DNA of 64,000 bases from Eledone cirrhosa (lineage: Eukaryota): contig OZ024743.1 of NCBI GenBank assembly GCA_964016885.1, forward strand, positions 98,022,001 to 98,086,000. The letters run 5' to 3'. Below the pieces are notes generated by a model. It saw nothing but the letters and a program-made list of their open reading frames with translations. It ran no database searches and was not told the DNA's origin. Position numbers and translations under genes: made by a program. Of this stretch, positions 42,110 through 56,144 are shown piece by piece. Position 1 is the first letter of the stretch. Every line of letters begins with the position of its first letter.

Positions 42110-42450
42110 AATTATTGTTTCTATTTTTGGCACGAGCAATTACCCCAGTGCATTACTGGTGCTTTATTTTATCGACCCCGTAAGGATGAACGGCAAAGCT
42201 AACCTCGGTGGATTTGAACTCGGAACGTAAATGGCCATAACTCTGTGCTGCAAATCATGGTGTCTGACGCTTTACCGATACTGCCAATCCATCACCCTCT
42301 AATAATGATCTCTAATTTAGGCACTAGGGCCGCAAGTTTAGGGGAAGAGCAAAGTTGATTTATTCAACCCCAGTACTTCATTGGCATTTTATTTTATCTA
42401 CCCCGGAAGAATGAAAGGCAAACGTGACTTCGGGAGGATTTGAACTCTGT
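42110..42450 (-). mobile_element. Two adjacent SINE copies (main family)
   Basis: Cores at ~42157-42200 and ~42380-42425, with reverse B boxes. Confidence 0.8.
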
Positions 42451-42861
42451 TATCTAATAATGTAGTCAGAAATTACACAATGCCTTTTCCTAAGACTTAG
42501 CGATTCCTATCCTTATAATGGGTCCTCTGTCTATTTCGACGATGAGCTTTTAGTTGTTCTACCAACTGAATGTCTATACTTTTACAGTCTTGTCCGCAGG
42601 GTGCAACCCCAACACTGCCGTGCCCTAGGCCTAGAGCCCATCCTCTTCCCCTTTTCTATTCTTCTGTGATACTAGAGCCCTTGCTTTTCTCTTCATTTTA
42701 TGTTTTTTAATAACTCTAGTGTTGTTGTTATTTGAAATAGATTCGTTTATGGATTTTTTTTTTATTAATAAATGGTATATGTTCTATGGAGTTCACGTGT
42801 AAATTGTCACGAGTTCCATAGACATGTGCAACTTTTAAATAATTACCAATCGGAATTAGGG

Positions 42862-44800
42862 TGATACAGTATGTGATGAGATGCAATATGGGATGAGATA
42901 CCGTATGGGATGAGATACAATATGGGATGAGATACAGTATGAGATGAGATACAGTATGGGATGAGATACAGTATGGGATGAGATACAATATGGGATGAGA
43001 TACAGTATGGGATGAGATACAGTATGTGATGAGATACAGTATGGGATGAGATACAATATGGGATGAGATACAATATGGGATGAGATACAATATGGGATGA
43101 GATACAGTATGGGATGAGATACAGTATGGGATGAGATACAATATGGGATGAGATACACTATGGGATGAGATACAGTATGTGATGAGATACAATATGGGAT
43201 GAGATACAGTATGGGATGAGATACAATATGGGATGAGATACAGTATGGGATGAGATACAGTATGGGATGAGATACAATATGGGATGAGATACAGTATGTG
43301 ATGAGATACAGTATGGGATGAGATACAGTATGGGATGAGATACAGTATGGGATGAGATACAGTATGGGATGAGATACAATATGGGATGAGATACAATATG
43401 GGATGAGATACAATATGGGATGAGATACAGTATGGGATGAGATACAGTATGGGATGAGATACAGTATGGGATGAGATACAGTATGGGATGAGATACAGTA
43501 TGTGATGAGATACAGTATGGGATGAGATACAGTATGGGATGAGATACAGTATGGGATGAGATACAATATGGGATGAGATACAATATGGGATGAGATACAG
43601 TATGTGATGAGATACAGTATGGGATGAGATACAGTATGGGATGAGATACAGTATGGGATGAGATACAGTATGGGATGAGATACAATATGGGATGAGATAC
43701 AATATGGGATGAGATACAATATGGGATGAGATACAGTATGGGATGAGATACAGTATGGGATGAGATACAGTATGGGATGAGATACAGTATGGGATGAGAT
43801 ACAGTATGGGATGAGATACAGTATGGGATGAGATACAGTATGGGATGAGATACAATATGGGATGAGATACAATATGGGATGAGATACAATATGGGATGAG
43901 ATACAGTATGGGATGAGATACAGTATGGGATGAGATACAGTATGGGATGAGATACAGTATGTGATGAGATACAGTATGGGATGAGATACAGTATGGGATG
44001 AGATACAGTATAGGATGAGATACAATATGGGATGAGATACAATATGGGATGAGATACAGTATGTGATGAGATACAGTATGGGATGAGATACAGTATGGGA
44101 TGAGATACAGTATGGGATGAGATACAGTATGGGATGAGATACAATATGGGATGAGATACAATATGGGATGAGATACAATATGGGATGAGATACAGTATGG
44201 GATGAGATACAGTATGGGATGAGATACAGTATGGGATGAGATACAGTATGTGATGAGATACAGTATGGGATGAGATACAGTATGGGATGAGATACAGTAT
44301 GGGATGAGATACAGTATGTGATGAGATACAGTATGGGATGAGATACAGTATGTGATGAGATACAGTATGGGATGAGATACAGTATGGGATGAGATACAGT
44401 ATGGGATGAGATACAATATGGGATGAGATACAATATGGGATGAGATACAGTATGGGATGAGATACAGTATGGGATGAGATACAGTATGGGATGAGATACA
44501 ATATGGGATGAGATACAGTATGGGATGAGATACAATATGGGATGAGATACAGTATGGGATGAGATACAATATGGGATGAGATACAGTATGGGATGAGATA
44601 CAATATGGGATGAGATACAATATGGGATGAGATACAGTATGGGATGAGATACAGTATGAGATGAGATACAATATGGGATGAGATACAATATGGGATGAGA
44701 TACAGTATGGGATGAGATACAGTATGAGATGAGATACAGTATGGGATGAGATACAGTATGTGATGAGATACAGTATGGGATGAGATACAATATGTGATAT
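42862..44800. repeat. 17-bp minisatellite (GATACAGTATGGGATGA)n, ~1.9 kb
   Basis: Uninterrupted tandem units with CAG/CAA and GGG/GTG variants; gives 17-aa-period pseudo-ORFs. Confidence 0.99.
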
Positions 44801-45034
44801 TTTAGAACCTTTAACTTACAGCTACCATTCACCCGAAGGGTCTCTATACAGTTTCTCCCTGCACGATTTCACTTACAATACTTGAGTCGACCCGAAGCTA
44901 TCATAAAGGTACATTCTCAAGATTCCACGCAGTGGGATCTAACCCGGCACCTAATTCTTGCAAATGAATCTCTCAAATACTCAGCTATGGAACTTTGAGT
45001 AAAGCTCCACTGATACTTAAAGGATGGTATGGTA

Positions 45035-45345
45035 TCGTAACTGGGAGCGCCGTAGTGACATACGGCGTTTCTTGGGCATCTTAAGCCGGGCGGAACCCAT
45101 TCCTCTCCAGGTCTGAATACAGCAGATTTCTTCCAGAGAAAGATAGAAAGTGTGAGAGAGGGAAAGAGAAAGAGATATAAAGGAAGAATCTATCCTTGTA
45201 CTAGACTGGTATTTTTTATCGACCTCGAAAGGATGCAAAGCAAAGTTGACCTTGGTGGGATTTGAACTCACAGAGCAGAGAACCGGACCGAATACCATAA
45301 AGTACCCTATCCGACGTTCTAACGACTCTGCTAATTCGCCGCCTA
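45035..45345 (-). mobile_element. SINE with alternative 3' tail
   Basis: Reverse A/B boxes and core; tail homologous to 27570-27725. Confidence 0.75.
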
Positions 45346-47829
45346 CTTCAGTAATAGGAGTAATCAAGTACCCGTCGTAATAGATATCCCACACCACCGA
45401 AGAGACCAGCATTCAGTTCTTAAGTGTAAAACTTTCATAGACAAAACCTCATGTAAACATATTGTGGTATAGATGCATTTGTTTTTCTTACGCGGAAGAA
45501 ACACCTAGCGACATTTAGTTACATTCATTTCTCCTCTCAGTTCAAATCTCGCCGTAGTTCTCGCTGAATTTAATTTTCTCGAGATCGATTACCAGTAAAG
45601 CACTGGTGCTCCTTCTAATCCAATATTCGCCTCTTCGAAGATCTTTGACCCTGTAGTAATTATACAACAATCGTTATTGCTTGTATTTATATTCCCATAA
45701 GTCTCACACCTCATAATTATTGATGAATGGATCTGGGGAGTTTTCATAGTTTACTCAACGTTCCATAAAATGTTGGGATGCAATTGAAAATAGAGAATTT
45801 ATCGTGAGCTCAGTTTACTATGAACTAACTACTCCATCACAATGTTCCCTGCGTTTGTTTTAATAGATACCCGAAAATATTGCTTGACGCTGTTGATATT
45901 ACCGTTTAGTCCCTTGACATACCTAATTGACCATACTTATGTCCCAACTGTATATTCAGGACGAATATGTCTTTCGTTTTTAAGAAGCTTTGAGAAAGAT
46001 TTAGCTGCTATTTCTAGCGTGTAGGGAACCCGTACTTTAGAATTTTTTCTTTTTTTTTTTTTCGTGAGAGAGAAGTGAAAAGGATGCCATGATGTCTATA
46101 TCTTTCTCATGCATATGATAATAAATGGTAAATTCTTTCTAGCCAACGCTCTTGTGATTCTTCTAATCCTTGAGATTTCGAAACAAATTATATCTAACAA
46201 ATGTTCTAGATTACAAATTTGAAGAAATGGTTTAGTCGATTATATCTACCTCGATTGGCGGAGAATTTTATCGATCCCCAAAGAACTAAAGATGAATTTG
46301 GCATGCACTGTATTTGAGCTCAGAATAAAAAGGAATATAATTAGATAGTGCAAAGTCGTCGGTCCGAAGCTCCAGCGATTCTGCCCACCTGCCACCATTG
46401 AGATTCTATAATAATGATTCCTTAATGAAAACTATTGTCGGAACTTCATTAATAACGTACAGCTTATTGTAGTATCTGTAGGCCGATGCTCCCAGTTAAT
46501 ATCTCGCTCTAGCTATATGACTGTAGCAGTCAATAGGGAATCCGGCTATACAGGGAATAAGCAGTGGAGACACTGTATAGTTGATAAATGTAGCATTAAC
46601 TTCATATGGTGTGTTCAATTAACTTCATGGCCTGATAACAAGCTACGGGGAGAGCATGATGGCTTTCTTTACTTGAAATGCTGCATTACGTGACATTATT
46701 TTCAGTGTACTGTAAAGTGTAATACACAATTGAACGTAACAATTTCTTGACAGTGTAGTCGAAAGAAGGCATTGCTTCATACAAACAGGGATAAAGAATT
46801 TATTATGGATTATCATGTGAAAATATTACAACAAAGACGTCGTATAACTTCAAATCATATGAAACAAATTGTGTGAGACCCTATAAAAGCAGTATCTTGT
46901 CTAAAAATAGGTAAAATATATGAAGTTTTGTTTCTTATATTTTGTCTTGTTTGCGTATTTTTTGTGGAAGGGATGTCGAAAACTACAAGATATTCTGATG
47001 TATTACTTTATTGTATTAATCGCTCTTATGTTTTGAGCTGACATTTAAGTCTGCTCCTGCCTTTATTGCTTTGACTATTTCATACATTGCTTTTGTTTTA
47101 CAGAAAAAAACTATACTGTGATACAATATAAAAACATGGATATTTCTCAAGGAGAAATACCAAAGGAAATTCATGCATAATTTTTTTATTATTACTAAGA
47201 CATTTGACAAAATATTTTATCATCCAATCTTAACCTATTTGGTTTCTTCTGAAAATACTACAACAGCATTTGGTTGCGTAAATCTAATTTCACAATTCGA
47301 GTAACTACTAAAAAATCTTAGTTTATGTTTCTTGATTTAATTTCTTGAGTAAAAAAGAGTTTGTATTTTTTTTACTATCTGAAGCAATAAATGGAGGTTT
47401 TGTTTTTCAAATATAAATAAATTTACATAGATATACCTTATTCACATAACCTTCTCGAAAGTTTTCAATTTTAAGTTTCAATTATCCCCTTTCACCAAGA
47501 CCTGTTGCTCCATTGTACAAGATCAAGGTAAAACTATCTACGGAGCTTATGGGTTGACCGAGCGAGGCTGTCTGTATCAGGTGATTGTGAAAGCCTCTAT
47601 GTGAAATGAATGGGGCAGCCTCTATGTGGAGAAAACGAGACAGGTTTATGGAAATGAGAGGCAACTTTTATGTGTAACAGGCAAATGAGGTTCTATGCCG
47701 ATGCAACGAGGCAGCATTTATATCAATCCAGAGAGACAACATTTATGGTGATCCAATGAGCCTCTCTACCGAGCTTTCTGACGGTTCTTCTAGCTAGACT
47801 CAATGACAAACAAACGAGAGAGCCTCTCT

Positions 47830-48858
47830 TCCGAGCCACCGAGCCACTGAGCCAGCCTGTCTACCGAGCCACTGAGCCAGCCTGTCTACCGAGCCACCGA
47901 GCTAGCCTGTCTACCGAGCCACCGAACCAGCCTGTCTACCGAGCCACCGAACCAGCCTGTCTACCGAGACACCGAACCAGCCTGTCTACCGAGACACCGA
48001 ACCAGCCTGTCTACCAGAGCCACCGATCCAGCCTGTCTATCGAAACACAGAGGCAGCCTGTCTATGGGGCCACCGAGCTAGCCTGTCTACCGAACCACCG
48101 AGCTAGCCTGTCTATCGAAACACAGAGGCAGCCTGTCTACCGAGCCACCGAACCAGCCTGTCTACCGAGCCACCGAACCAGCCTGTCTACCGAACGACCG
48201 AGCTAGCCTGTCTATCGAAACACAGAGGCAGCCTGTCTACCGAGCTACCGAACCAGCCTGTCTACCGAGCTACCGAACCAGCCTGTCTACCGAGCTACCG
48301 AACCAGCCTGTCTACCGAGCCACCGAACCAGCCTGTCTACCGAGCCACCGAACCAGCCTGTCTATCGAGCCACCGAGCTAGCCTGTCTATCGAAACACAG
48401 AGGCAGCCTGTCTATCGAAACAGATAGGCAGCCTGTCTACCGGGCCACCGAGCTAGCCTGTCTATCGAGCCACCGAGCCAGCCTGTCTATCGAAACAGAT
48501 AGGCAGCCTGTCTACCGGGCCACCGAGCTAGCCTGTCTATCGAGCCACCGAGCCAGCCTGTCTATCGAAACAGATAGGCAGCCTGTCTACCGGGCCACCG
48601 AGCTAGCCTGTCTACCGAACCACCGAGCCAGCCTGTCTACCGGGCCACCGAGCTAGCCTGTCTATCGAAACAGATAGGCAGCCTGTCTACCGAACCACCG
48701 AGCCAGCCTGTCTACCGGGCCACCGAGCTAGCCTGTCTATCGAAACACAGAGGCAGCCTGTCTACCGGGCCACCGAGCTAGCCTGTCTACCGAACCACCG
48801 AGCTAGCCTGTCTACCGCGCCACCGAGCCAGCCTGTCTATCGAAACACAGAGGCAGCT
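47830..48858. repeat. 25-bp minisatellite (GAACCAGCCTGTCTACCGAGCCACC-like)
   Basis: Period 25 (e.g. 47921 and 47946), with several unit variants. Confidence 0.97.
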
Positions 48859-49520
48859 TCTATGTCAAATCATAAAGTATGAATGAAGTACTGGGGATTG
48901 ATTTACTCATTTTTCCCCTACACCCCTAATACAGACCTTGCCCTAAATTAGAACATACTATATATAAGTTTGGGAATACAGTTTCCAATCTGACGATCAG
49001 TTATTTTTAAAATGTAATTTTAAAGAGTTGTGAATCACAAAACCTGATTTAAAAGTAAATAGAAGTCACATTCTTAGTATCGTGTTGACTCAAGTTACAC
49101 AAACCTCAAACTTACTACACATTCCAATAAACAATTTCTTCATATTTCCACTAAATGCCGCAAACTGCCTCAAAGTTTCACATAGAAAACTTAATGATGA
49201 CTGCGTGTCAACAAGGCCCAAGCTTGTCTCTATGATTTATACGCTTTGTAGAATTCTTGATAAATATAAATGCAAACTGTATCACGACTTGAAAAAAAGC
49301 AAATAGTTGCTGTAAGATTCAGTTTATTTCACATCATTAACCTTTCAAAGTATGCATTCGAATATGAATATGTGTATTCAATAGATTCTGCACACCCAAC
49401 TGCACACCCAACTGCACACACACGTATGTATATATATACAAACACTGAAATATATATATATTCAAGAATATCTGCATGTGTATATATATAGATGCGTGTG
49501 AGTCTGCTTTTGTGTAAGTA

Positions 49521-49634
<114 letters not shown>

Positions 49635-50155
49635 ACTATATATTTCTTTTGATTTGCGAATTATATCAGCGTAAATATATTTCCTGGCCTGTTCCATTGT
49701 ATTTCGGTATATTTTTTCTTTCTTATTTTGTGTTTTTATTCTGTTCTATTTTATATCCTTTATTTGATTGGTTTTTAGGCTTGTTTTGTTTCTTTTTTTG
49801 CTCTTTTTTTTTTTTGTTTCTGTTTTGTTTTTCTCTCTTGATCTCTAGTCGCTTCTATTCAACGAATTGACGTTTAAACATATAATGAGAAAGCTATCCC
49901 TTAATAAATAGGCTTGTCAGGTATATGAGCCTGGATAAATACAACAATATGGTCGATCTAGAAAGATTGGGCCAAAGTAGTGAGGAGGTGTAGTGTTCCA
50001 AACATTCGCTTCAACAAATATCTTATCCATGATTGACTTTATTCGATTGTTTTTAATACAGTTCCAAATATTGTCCATCATTCTATCGTTTTACTTTGCC
50101 TAGTGTACTAAATACATCACTTTGTTTTCAAATTCTGAAGTTGAATATTATCCTA

Positions 50156-50255
<100 letters not shown>

Positions 50256-50598
50256 AAAAACTGTGACCACGACGGCAGAGCTCAAGCCGTTTCGACGGCT
50301 ATTTCTGGACTATCTGACAAGAACAGGTTATTAGGGTAGATTTGTGGAGGGAAGCTAAAATAGCTGCATATCGCTTGCCCAACCAAAGCAACTCAATATA
50401 TCATATGTATGTGTGTGCGTGTATGTGTGCGTATATATATATGTGTGTGTGTGTGTGTGTCAGTCCAGAAATAGCCGTCGAAACGGCTTGAGCTCTGCCG
50501 TCGGGGTCATACTTTTTCCTATTTCCCACTCTACTACCCTAAGTATTGAGTACTTTGGTGCGTTATGGTCCATCTAGTTCCTTACCACAATTCCTTTG

Positions 50599-50644
<46 letters not shown>

Positions 50645-50783
50645 GCAGAGGTTATATTTAATTTGTTGGGATTCAACAAGCTTAAACATTTTTTTTTTAT
50701 AACTGATATAAAGCACTCAACAAGTTAGTGGAGTAAATATACAATATATTAATAAATGGAAACTATATTTATAAAACCCTATT

Positions 50784-50849
50784 TATTTTATTATACATAT
50801 TTCAAGGGGAACCAAGGCAAATTATGGTGCGCTTTCATCAGATAAAATA
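50784..50849 (-). ncRNA. Type I hammerhead ribozyme (family I)
   Basis: Minus strand: tattttat CTGATGA aagcgcacca..tggttccccttGAAA TATGTA TA ataaaata. Confidence 0.82.
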
Positions 50850-50960
50850 CAGATTTGTTTTATAAATAAATATTGACATACTCGGAAAAAAAGACAACCT
50901 TACCAACCGTTAAGGTGTTTTTTTCCGGGTATGTCAATATTTATTTATAAAACAAATCTG

Positions 50961-51026
50961 TATTTTATCTGATGAAAGTGCACCATAATTTGCCTTGGTT
51001 GCCCTTGAAATATATATAATAAAATA
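50961..51026 (+). ncRNA. Type I hammerhead ribozyme (family I)
   Basis: tattttat CTGATGA aagtgcacca..tggttgccctt GAAA TATATA TA ataaaata. Confidence 0.82.
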
Positions 51027-51133
51027 AATAGGGTTTTATAAATATAGTTTCCATTTATTAATATATTGTATATATTTATATATATCGTTCTCTCTTTCTC
51101 TCTCTCTCTCCCTTTCTATTTCTATCTCTTTCT

Positions 51134-51201
<68 letters not shown>

Positions 51202-51436
51202 CTATATATATATACACGCACACATACACACACATACATACATATGATATATTGAGTTGCTTTGGTTGGGCAAGCAATATGCAGCTATTTTAGCTTCCCT
51301 CCACAAATCTACCCTAATAACCTGTTCTTGTCAGATACTACAAATTCTTTAACAGTTCTAATCGAACGTGATTGAGTAGCCAGCTTGGCTTCGCCTCTCT
51401 CTAGATATGAGGAGAATTGTGTGTCCATTATTAGGA

Positions 51437-51620
51437 AGGGCGGTGAATTGGCAGTATAGGTAGAGGGCTGGACGCCATGCTTTCTAGCAAAGTTACGTTC
51501 CTTTACGGTCTGAGTTCAAATCCCGTCGAGGTTAACTTTGCCTTTCATCCTTACAAAATAAAGTACCAGTAATGCACTGGGATAATTGCTGGCCTTGTGC
51601 CAAAAGTAGAAACAATTATT
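51437..51620 (+). mobile_element. tRNA-derived SINE (main family), with an internal deletion in the core
   Basis: A/B boxes; attattagga duplicated at 51427-51436 and 51615-51624. Confidence 0.88.
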
Positions 51621-51826
51621 AGGACGGTCTGTTGATAAGACCCTAGTCCTAATTTGCTGATTATCAATATCTAATACTTGTAAATAGCGAATCTTTTCAC
51701 GGGTAGAGACCGTTACTGTCCACATGCTGACATATAGATTTTTTTTTACTTTTTCTTTATTAAAATGTTAAAATTCTTAGATTTCTTTAAATGTTATCAG
51801 CCTTGTTCTATTCAGGTATTGCTTCT

Positions 51827-53302
51827 CTGTGAACATATCGCACTGTGAACATATCGTACTGTGAACATATCGCACTGTGAACATATCACACTGTGAACAT
51901 ATCGAACTGTGAACATATCGCACTGTGAACATATCGCACTGTGAACATATCGCACTGTGAACATATCACACTGTGAACATATCGCACTGTGAACATATCG
52001 CACTGTGAACATATCGCACTGTGAACATATTACACTGTGAACATATCACACTGTGAACATATCGCACTGTGAACATATCGCACTGTGAACATATCGCACT
52101 GTGAACATATCACACTGTGAACATATCGCACTGTGAACATATCGCACTGTGAACATATCGCACTGTGAACATATTGCACTGTGAACATATCGCACTGTGA
52201 ACATATCACACTGTGAACATATCACACTGTGAACATATCGCACTGTGAACATATCACACTGTGAACATATCGCACTGTGAACATATCGCACTGGGAACAT
52301 ATCGCACTGTGAACATATCACACTGTGAACATATCACACTGTGAAGATATCGCACTGTGAACATATCACACTGTGAACATATCGCACTGTGAACATATCA
52401 CACTGTGAACATATCGCACTGTGAACATATCACACTGTGAACATATCGCACTGTGAACATATCACACTGTGAACATCTCGCTCTGTGAACATATCGCACT
52501 GGGAACATATCGCACTGTGAACATATCACACAGTGAACATATCGCACTGTGAACATATCGCACTGTGAACATATTATACTGTGAACATATCGCACTGTGA
52601 ACATATCACATTGTGAACATATCTCACTGTGAACATATCGCACTGTGAATATATCGCACTGTGAACATATTACACTGTGAACATATCGCACTGTGAACAT
52701 ATCGCACTGTGAACATATCACACTGTGAACATATCTTACTGTGAACATATCGCACTGTGAACATATCACACTGTGAACATATCACACTGTGAACATATCA
52801 CACTGTGAACATATCACACTGTGAACATATCTTACTGTGAACATATCGCACTGTGAACATATCACACTGTGAACATATCACACTGTGAACATATCACACT
52901 GTGCACATATCTCACTGTGAACATATCGCACTGTGAATATATCGCACTGTGAAGATATTACACTGTGAACATATCACACTGTGAACATATCACACTGTGA
53001 ACATATCTTACTGTGAACATATCGCACTCTGAACATATCGCACTGTGAACATATCGCACTGTGAACATATCGCACTGTGAACATTTCGCACTGTGAACAT
53101 ATCCCACTGTGAACATATTGCACTGTGAACATATCGCACTGTGAACATTTCGCACTGTGAACATATCGCACTGTGAACATATCGCACTGTGAACATATCC
53201 CACTGTGAACATATCACACTGTGAACATATCGCACTGTGAACATATCTTACTGTGAACATATCCCACTGTGAAAATATCGCACTGTGAACATATCTCACT
53301 GT
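51827..53302. repeat. 16-bp minisatellite (CTGTGAACATATCGCA)n, ~1.5 kb
   Basis: Uninterrupted tandem units. Confidence 0.99.
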
Positions 53303-53414
53303 AACAAGTTCTCTACCTATGTCTTATCATCCAGCAGTTCTCCAGGAAGCAAGGTGGGAATGGTTGCGATGGCTTCTATGCTTTTAGCATTATATCTGTC
53401 TAAGTCTCCATTAT

Positions 53415-53610
53415 ATTTATGTTTTGACACAAGACCAACAATTTGGGGGGAAAGGGAAAATCGTTTAAATCGACTGGTACTTTATTTTATTGACCACGTA
53501 AGGATGAAAGACAACGTTAACCTCGGCGGGAATTGAAATCAGAGCGTAAAGGGTCGTAACTCTATGCTAATAAGCGTGGTCCCCCGACACTCTACCGATA
53601 CTACCAATGA
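53415..53610 (-). mobile_element. tRNA-derived SINE (main family)
   Basis: Core plus reverse A/B boxes. Confidence 0.8.
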
Positions 53611-53884
53611 ACCGTGGTGTCAAAGTACCATCATTAATTATATTCAAGTGTGGCGCGTTTCGCTATTGACGCGCGTTTCGCGTTTCGCTATTGATCAGTT
53701 CAAGGTTCGATCTGTATCGATCGGGCACAAATAAACCTGTGGAGGTAGCCATTTTTATTTTATATAACAGACTGAATTAGTTGGGGTGCATAATCCAACG
53801 AAACTTAAGTACCTGTATATGTTGGAACTAATTATACCTCATCCTATGGACTGAGTGTTCTTCCCTTATTTATACCAAGCTTAT

Positions 53885-53942
<58 letters not shown>

Positions 53943-54278
53943 TACAGTATATATATATTTATAATCTCGGGAATTTTAGCCGCCCTAGATATATATATAT
54001 AGAGAGAGATTACGCAATAGTGATTGCCTAAACACGAGAAGTGAATTTTTCACACGTTGTCCACACGTCACCAAACATCTATTGTATAACTACAAGGCTC
54101 CGGACTGATTCTTTGTAATTTTATTTTTAAATTTTTTTATTTTATTTTCAACCTAAAAACTTTCCGGACTTTCGCAGTTATCTCCCTTACACCTCCCGCA
54201 CGCAGTTTAGTATTGCCTGTTGAAGTGACCGGGTTTCTGCGCATGCGCGTCCGTACGGTTGTCCTTCCTGTTCCTATA

Positions 54279-54336
54279 ACCATACACATCCCGAGCTGAA
54301 GATCTGCGAAGGTGAAACAATTGTTCTCGGTATGGT
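54279..54336 (+). ncRNA. Type I hammerhead ribozyme (single copy in the window)
   Basis: accata..ccgag CTGAAGA tct-gcga-agg t GAAAC AATT GTT ctcgg tatggt. 5-bp + 6-bp stem I, palindromic AATT loop, weak stem II. (TA)n starts ~25 bp downstream. Confidence 0.78.
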
Positions 54337-54358
54337 GAACTAACTGTTGTGTAACCAC

Positions 54359-54491
<133 letters not shown>

Positions 54492-54774
54492 TAAAATCCA
54501 AACAATATATCTATATATTTATATTTATAAATTCTATTACAGCATTAACGAAGCATTAGGCTGCGGCCAAGCTAACGAATGCAAATTCGGAATGTAGGTT
54601 TAGCACTCGATAGAGAATAATACCCCAGAGTAATAACAATACGTTTAGACAGCTTTGCAAATCAAATATAGCGATCGGCAGTCCAGCCGCATTGCCATAG
54701 CAACGAAAATGGTTCGACTCAGGAAAGGCTTTTAGACTGACCTGGACCATCGCGCGGAGACGGAATGCAATATA

Positions 54775-54935
54775 TAATTGTTTCTACCTTTGGCACAAGG
54801 CCAGCAATTACCCAGTGCATTACTGGTACTTTATTTTATCGACCCCGCAAGGATGAAAGGCAAAGTCAACCTCAGCGGGATTTGAACTCAGATCGAAAAG
54901 GGACGTAACTATGCTGGAAAGCATGGCGTCCGACC
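54775..54935 (-). mobile_element. tRNA-derived SINE (main family), 5'-truncated
   Basis: Near-identical to the reverse complement of the 62576-62760 copy. Confidence 0.88.
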
Positions 54936-55272
54936 AATATATAATGCAATATATAATGCATATCGTATAGCATACGATATACATCACATACAACATACAA
55001 CATCTACGCTAGGTTTCTGTAAATCCGAGATCGACTAATTCCGCTTGCAGGGGTCTGCAAGTTAATGGCCTTTGACGACAGAACAAAGGATTTACTTCTT
55101 CAACAAGTCTTGCGTTCTTTAGCCTCAGCGGGTATGTTCTAGCAGTAAATTTCGCTATAGACACGTGGTTTTCTCCAAGGGAGGTAACCCCCGTTTTAGG
55201 CGGTGAATTCGAAATTTGAGACAAAGTATACATATATAAACATATACATATATATGTCTATCTATCTCTCTC

Positions 55273-55363
<91 letters not shown>

Positions 55364-56144
55364 CAAAGTAAAAGACAAAAACAATAAAAAAGAATGCAGT
55401 TATGGACAGTGTTGGTATTAGGTTCACGCTTGAGAGTGGGAGGTGGGGACGACGTTTCGGGCACAAGCCCTTCATAAGGAGAAGGGTGGGAAGGAAAAGA
55501 GTTCCAAGAGGGTGTGAGGGTGGAGTGGTGGAAAGACATTAAAATAAAGGGAAACAAATGAAAATGAAGGAAAATGAAATATATATATGTAATTGTTGTT
55601 ATATTATCATTCTTCATATATATGATATACAACAGGTATAAATATATGTGTGTGTGTGTGAGTATATGTGCGTGTGGTTATGTGTTTGTGTGTGTGTGTG
55701 TATGTGTGTGTGTATGTGTGTGTGTGAGTATGTGTGTGTATTTGTGTATGTGTGTGCGTATGTGTGTATGTGTGTGTGTGTATGTGTGTGTGTATGTGTG
55801 TGTGTGTGAGTATGTGTGTGTGTGTTTGTGTCTGCGTGCCTCTTCATTTCCGTTAGTTATATCCACAACTGCACCATTTTTCTCTCTGTTGTTCAACATC
55901 TCTGAAATTGTCTCATTTCGAAGATCGTGAGTTGTTTGAAAATGACTCCTGAATGCGTAACAGCGGCCATTCTCTACCATTAAAACTGTTGTTGGTATAT
56001 ATATTGTTGTCATGTATTGTTGTTGTTGACGTTACATTATTGTATGTTGTCTTGTTATTGGTTTAACTGTTGTAGTTGTTATAGATGTTGTCGTTGCTGT
56101 TGTTGGGTTTATAGTATTGATTGCCAGCCACCAGTAGTTGGTGA

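Larger units (their letters stand above)
50737..51072. repeat. ~335-bp palindrome with a family I hammerhead in each arm
   Basis: Arms reverse-complementary around ~50900-50915. Confidence 0.95.

Noticed and set aside
42728-44832. ORFs of 481-658 aa
   Set aside because: Pure translation of a 17-bp tandem repeat, open in all three frames, with no domain.
47016-47100. EIVKAIKAGADLN, an ankyrin-like string on the minus strand
   Set aside because: Spacing differs from the ankyrin consensus, a stop follows at once, and there are no neighbouring repeats or clear splice sites.
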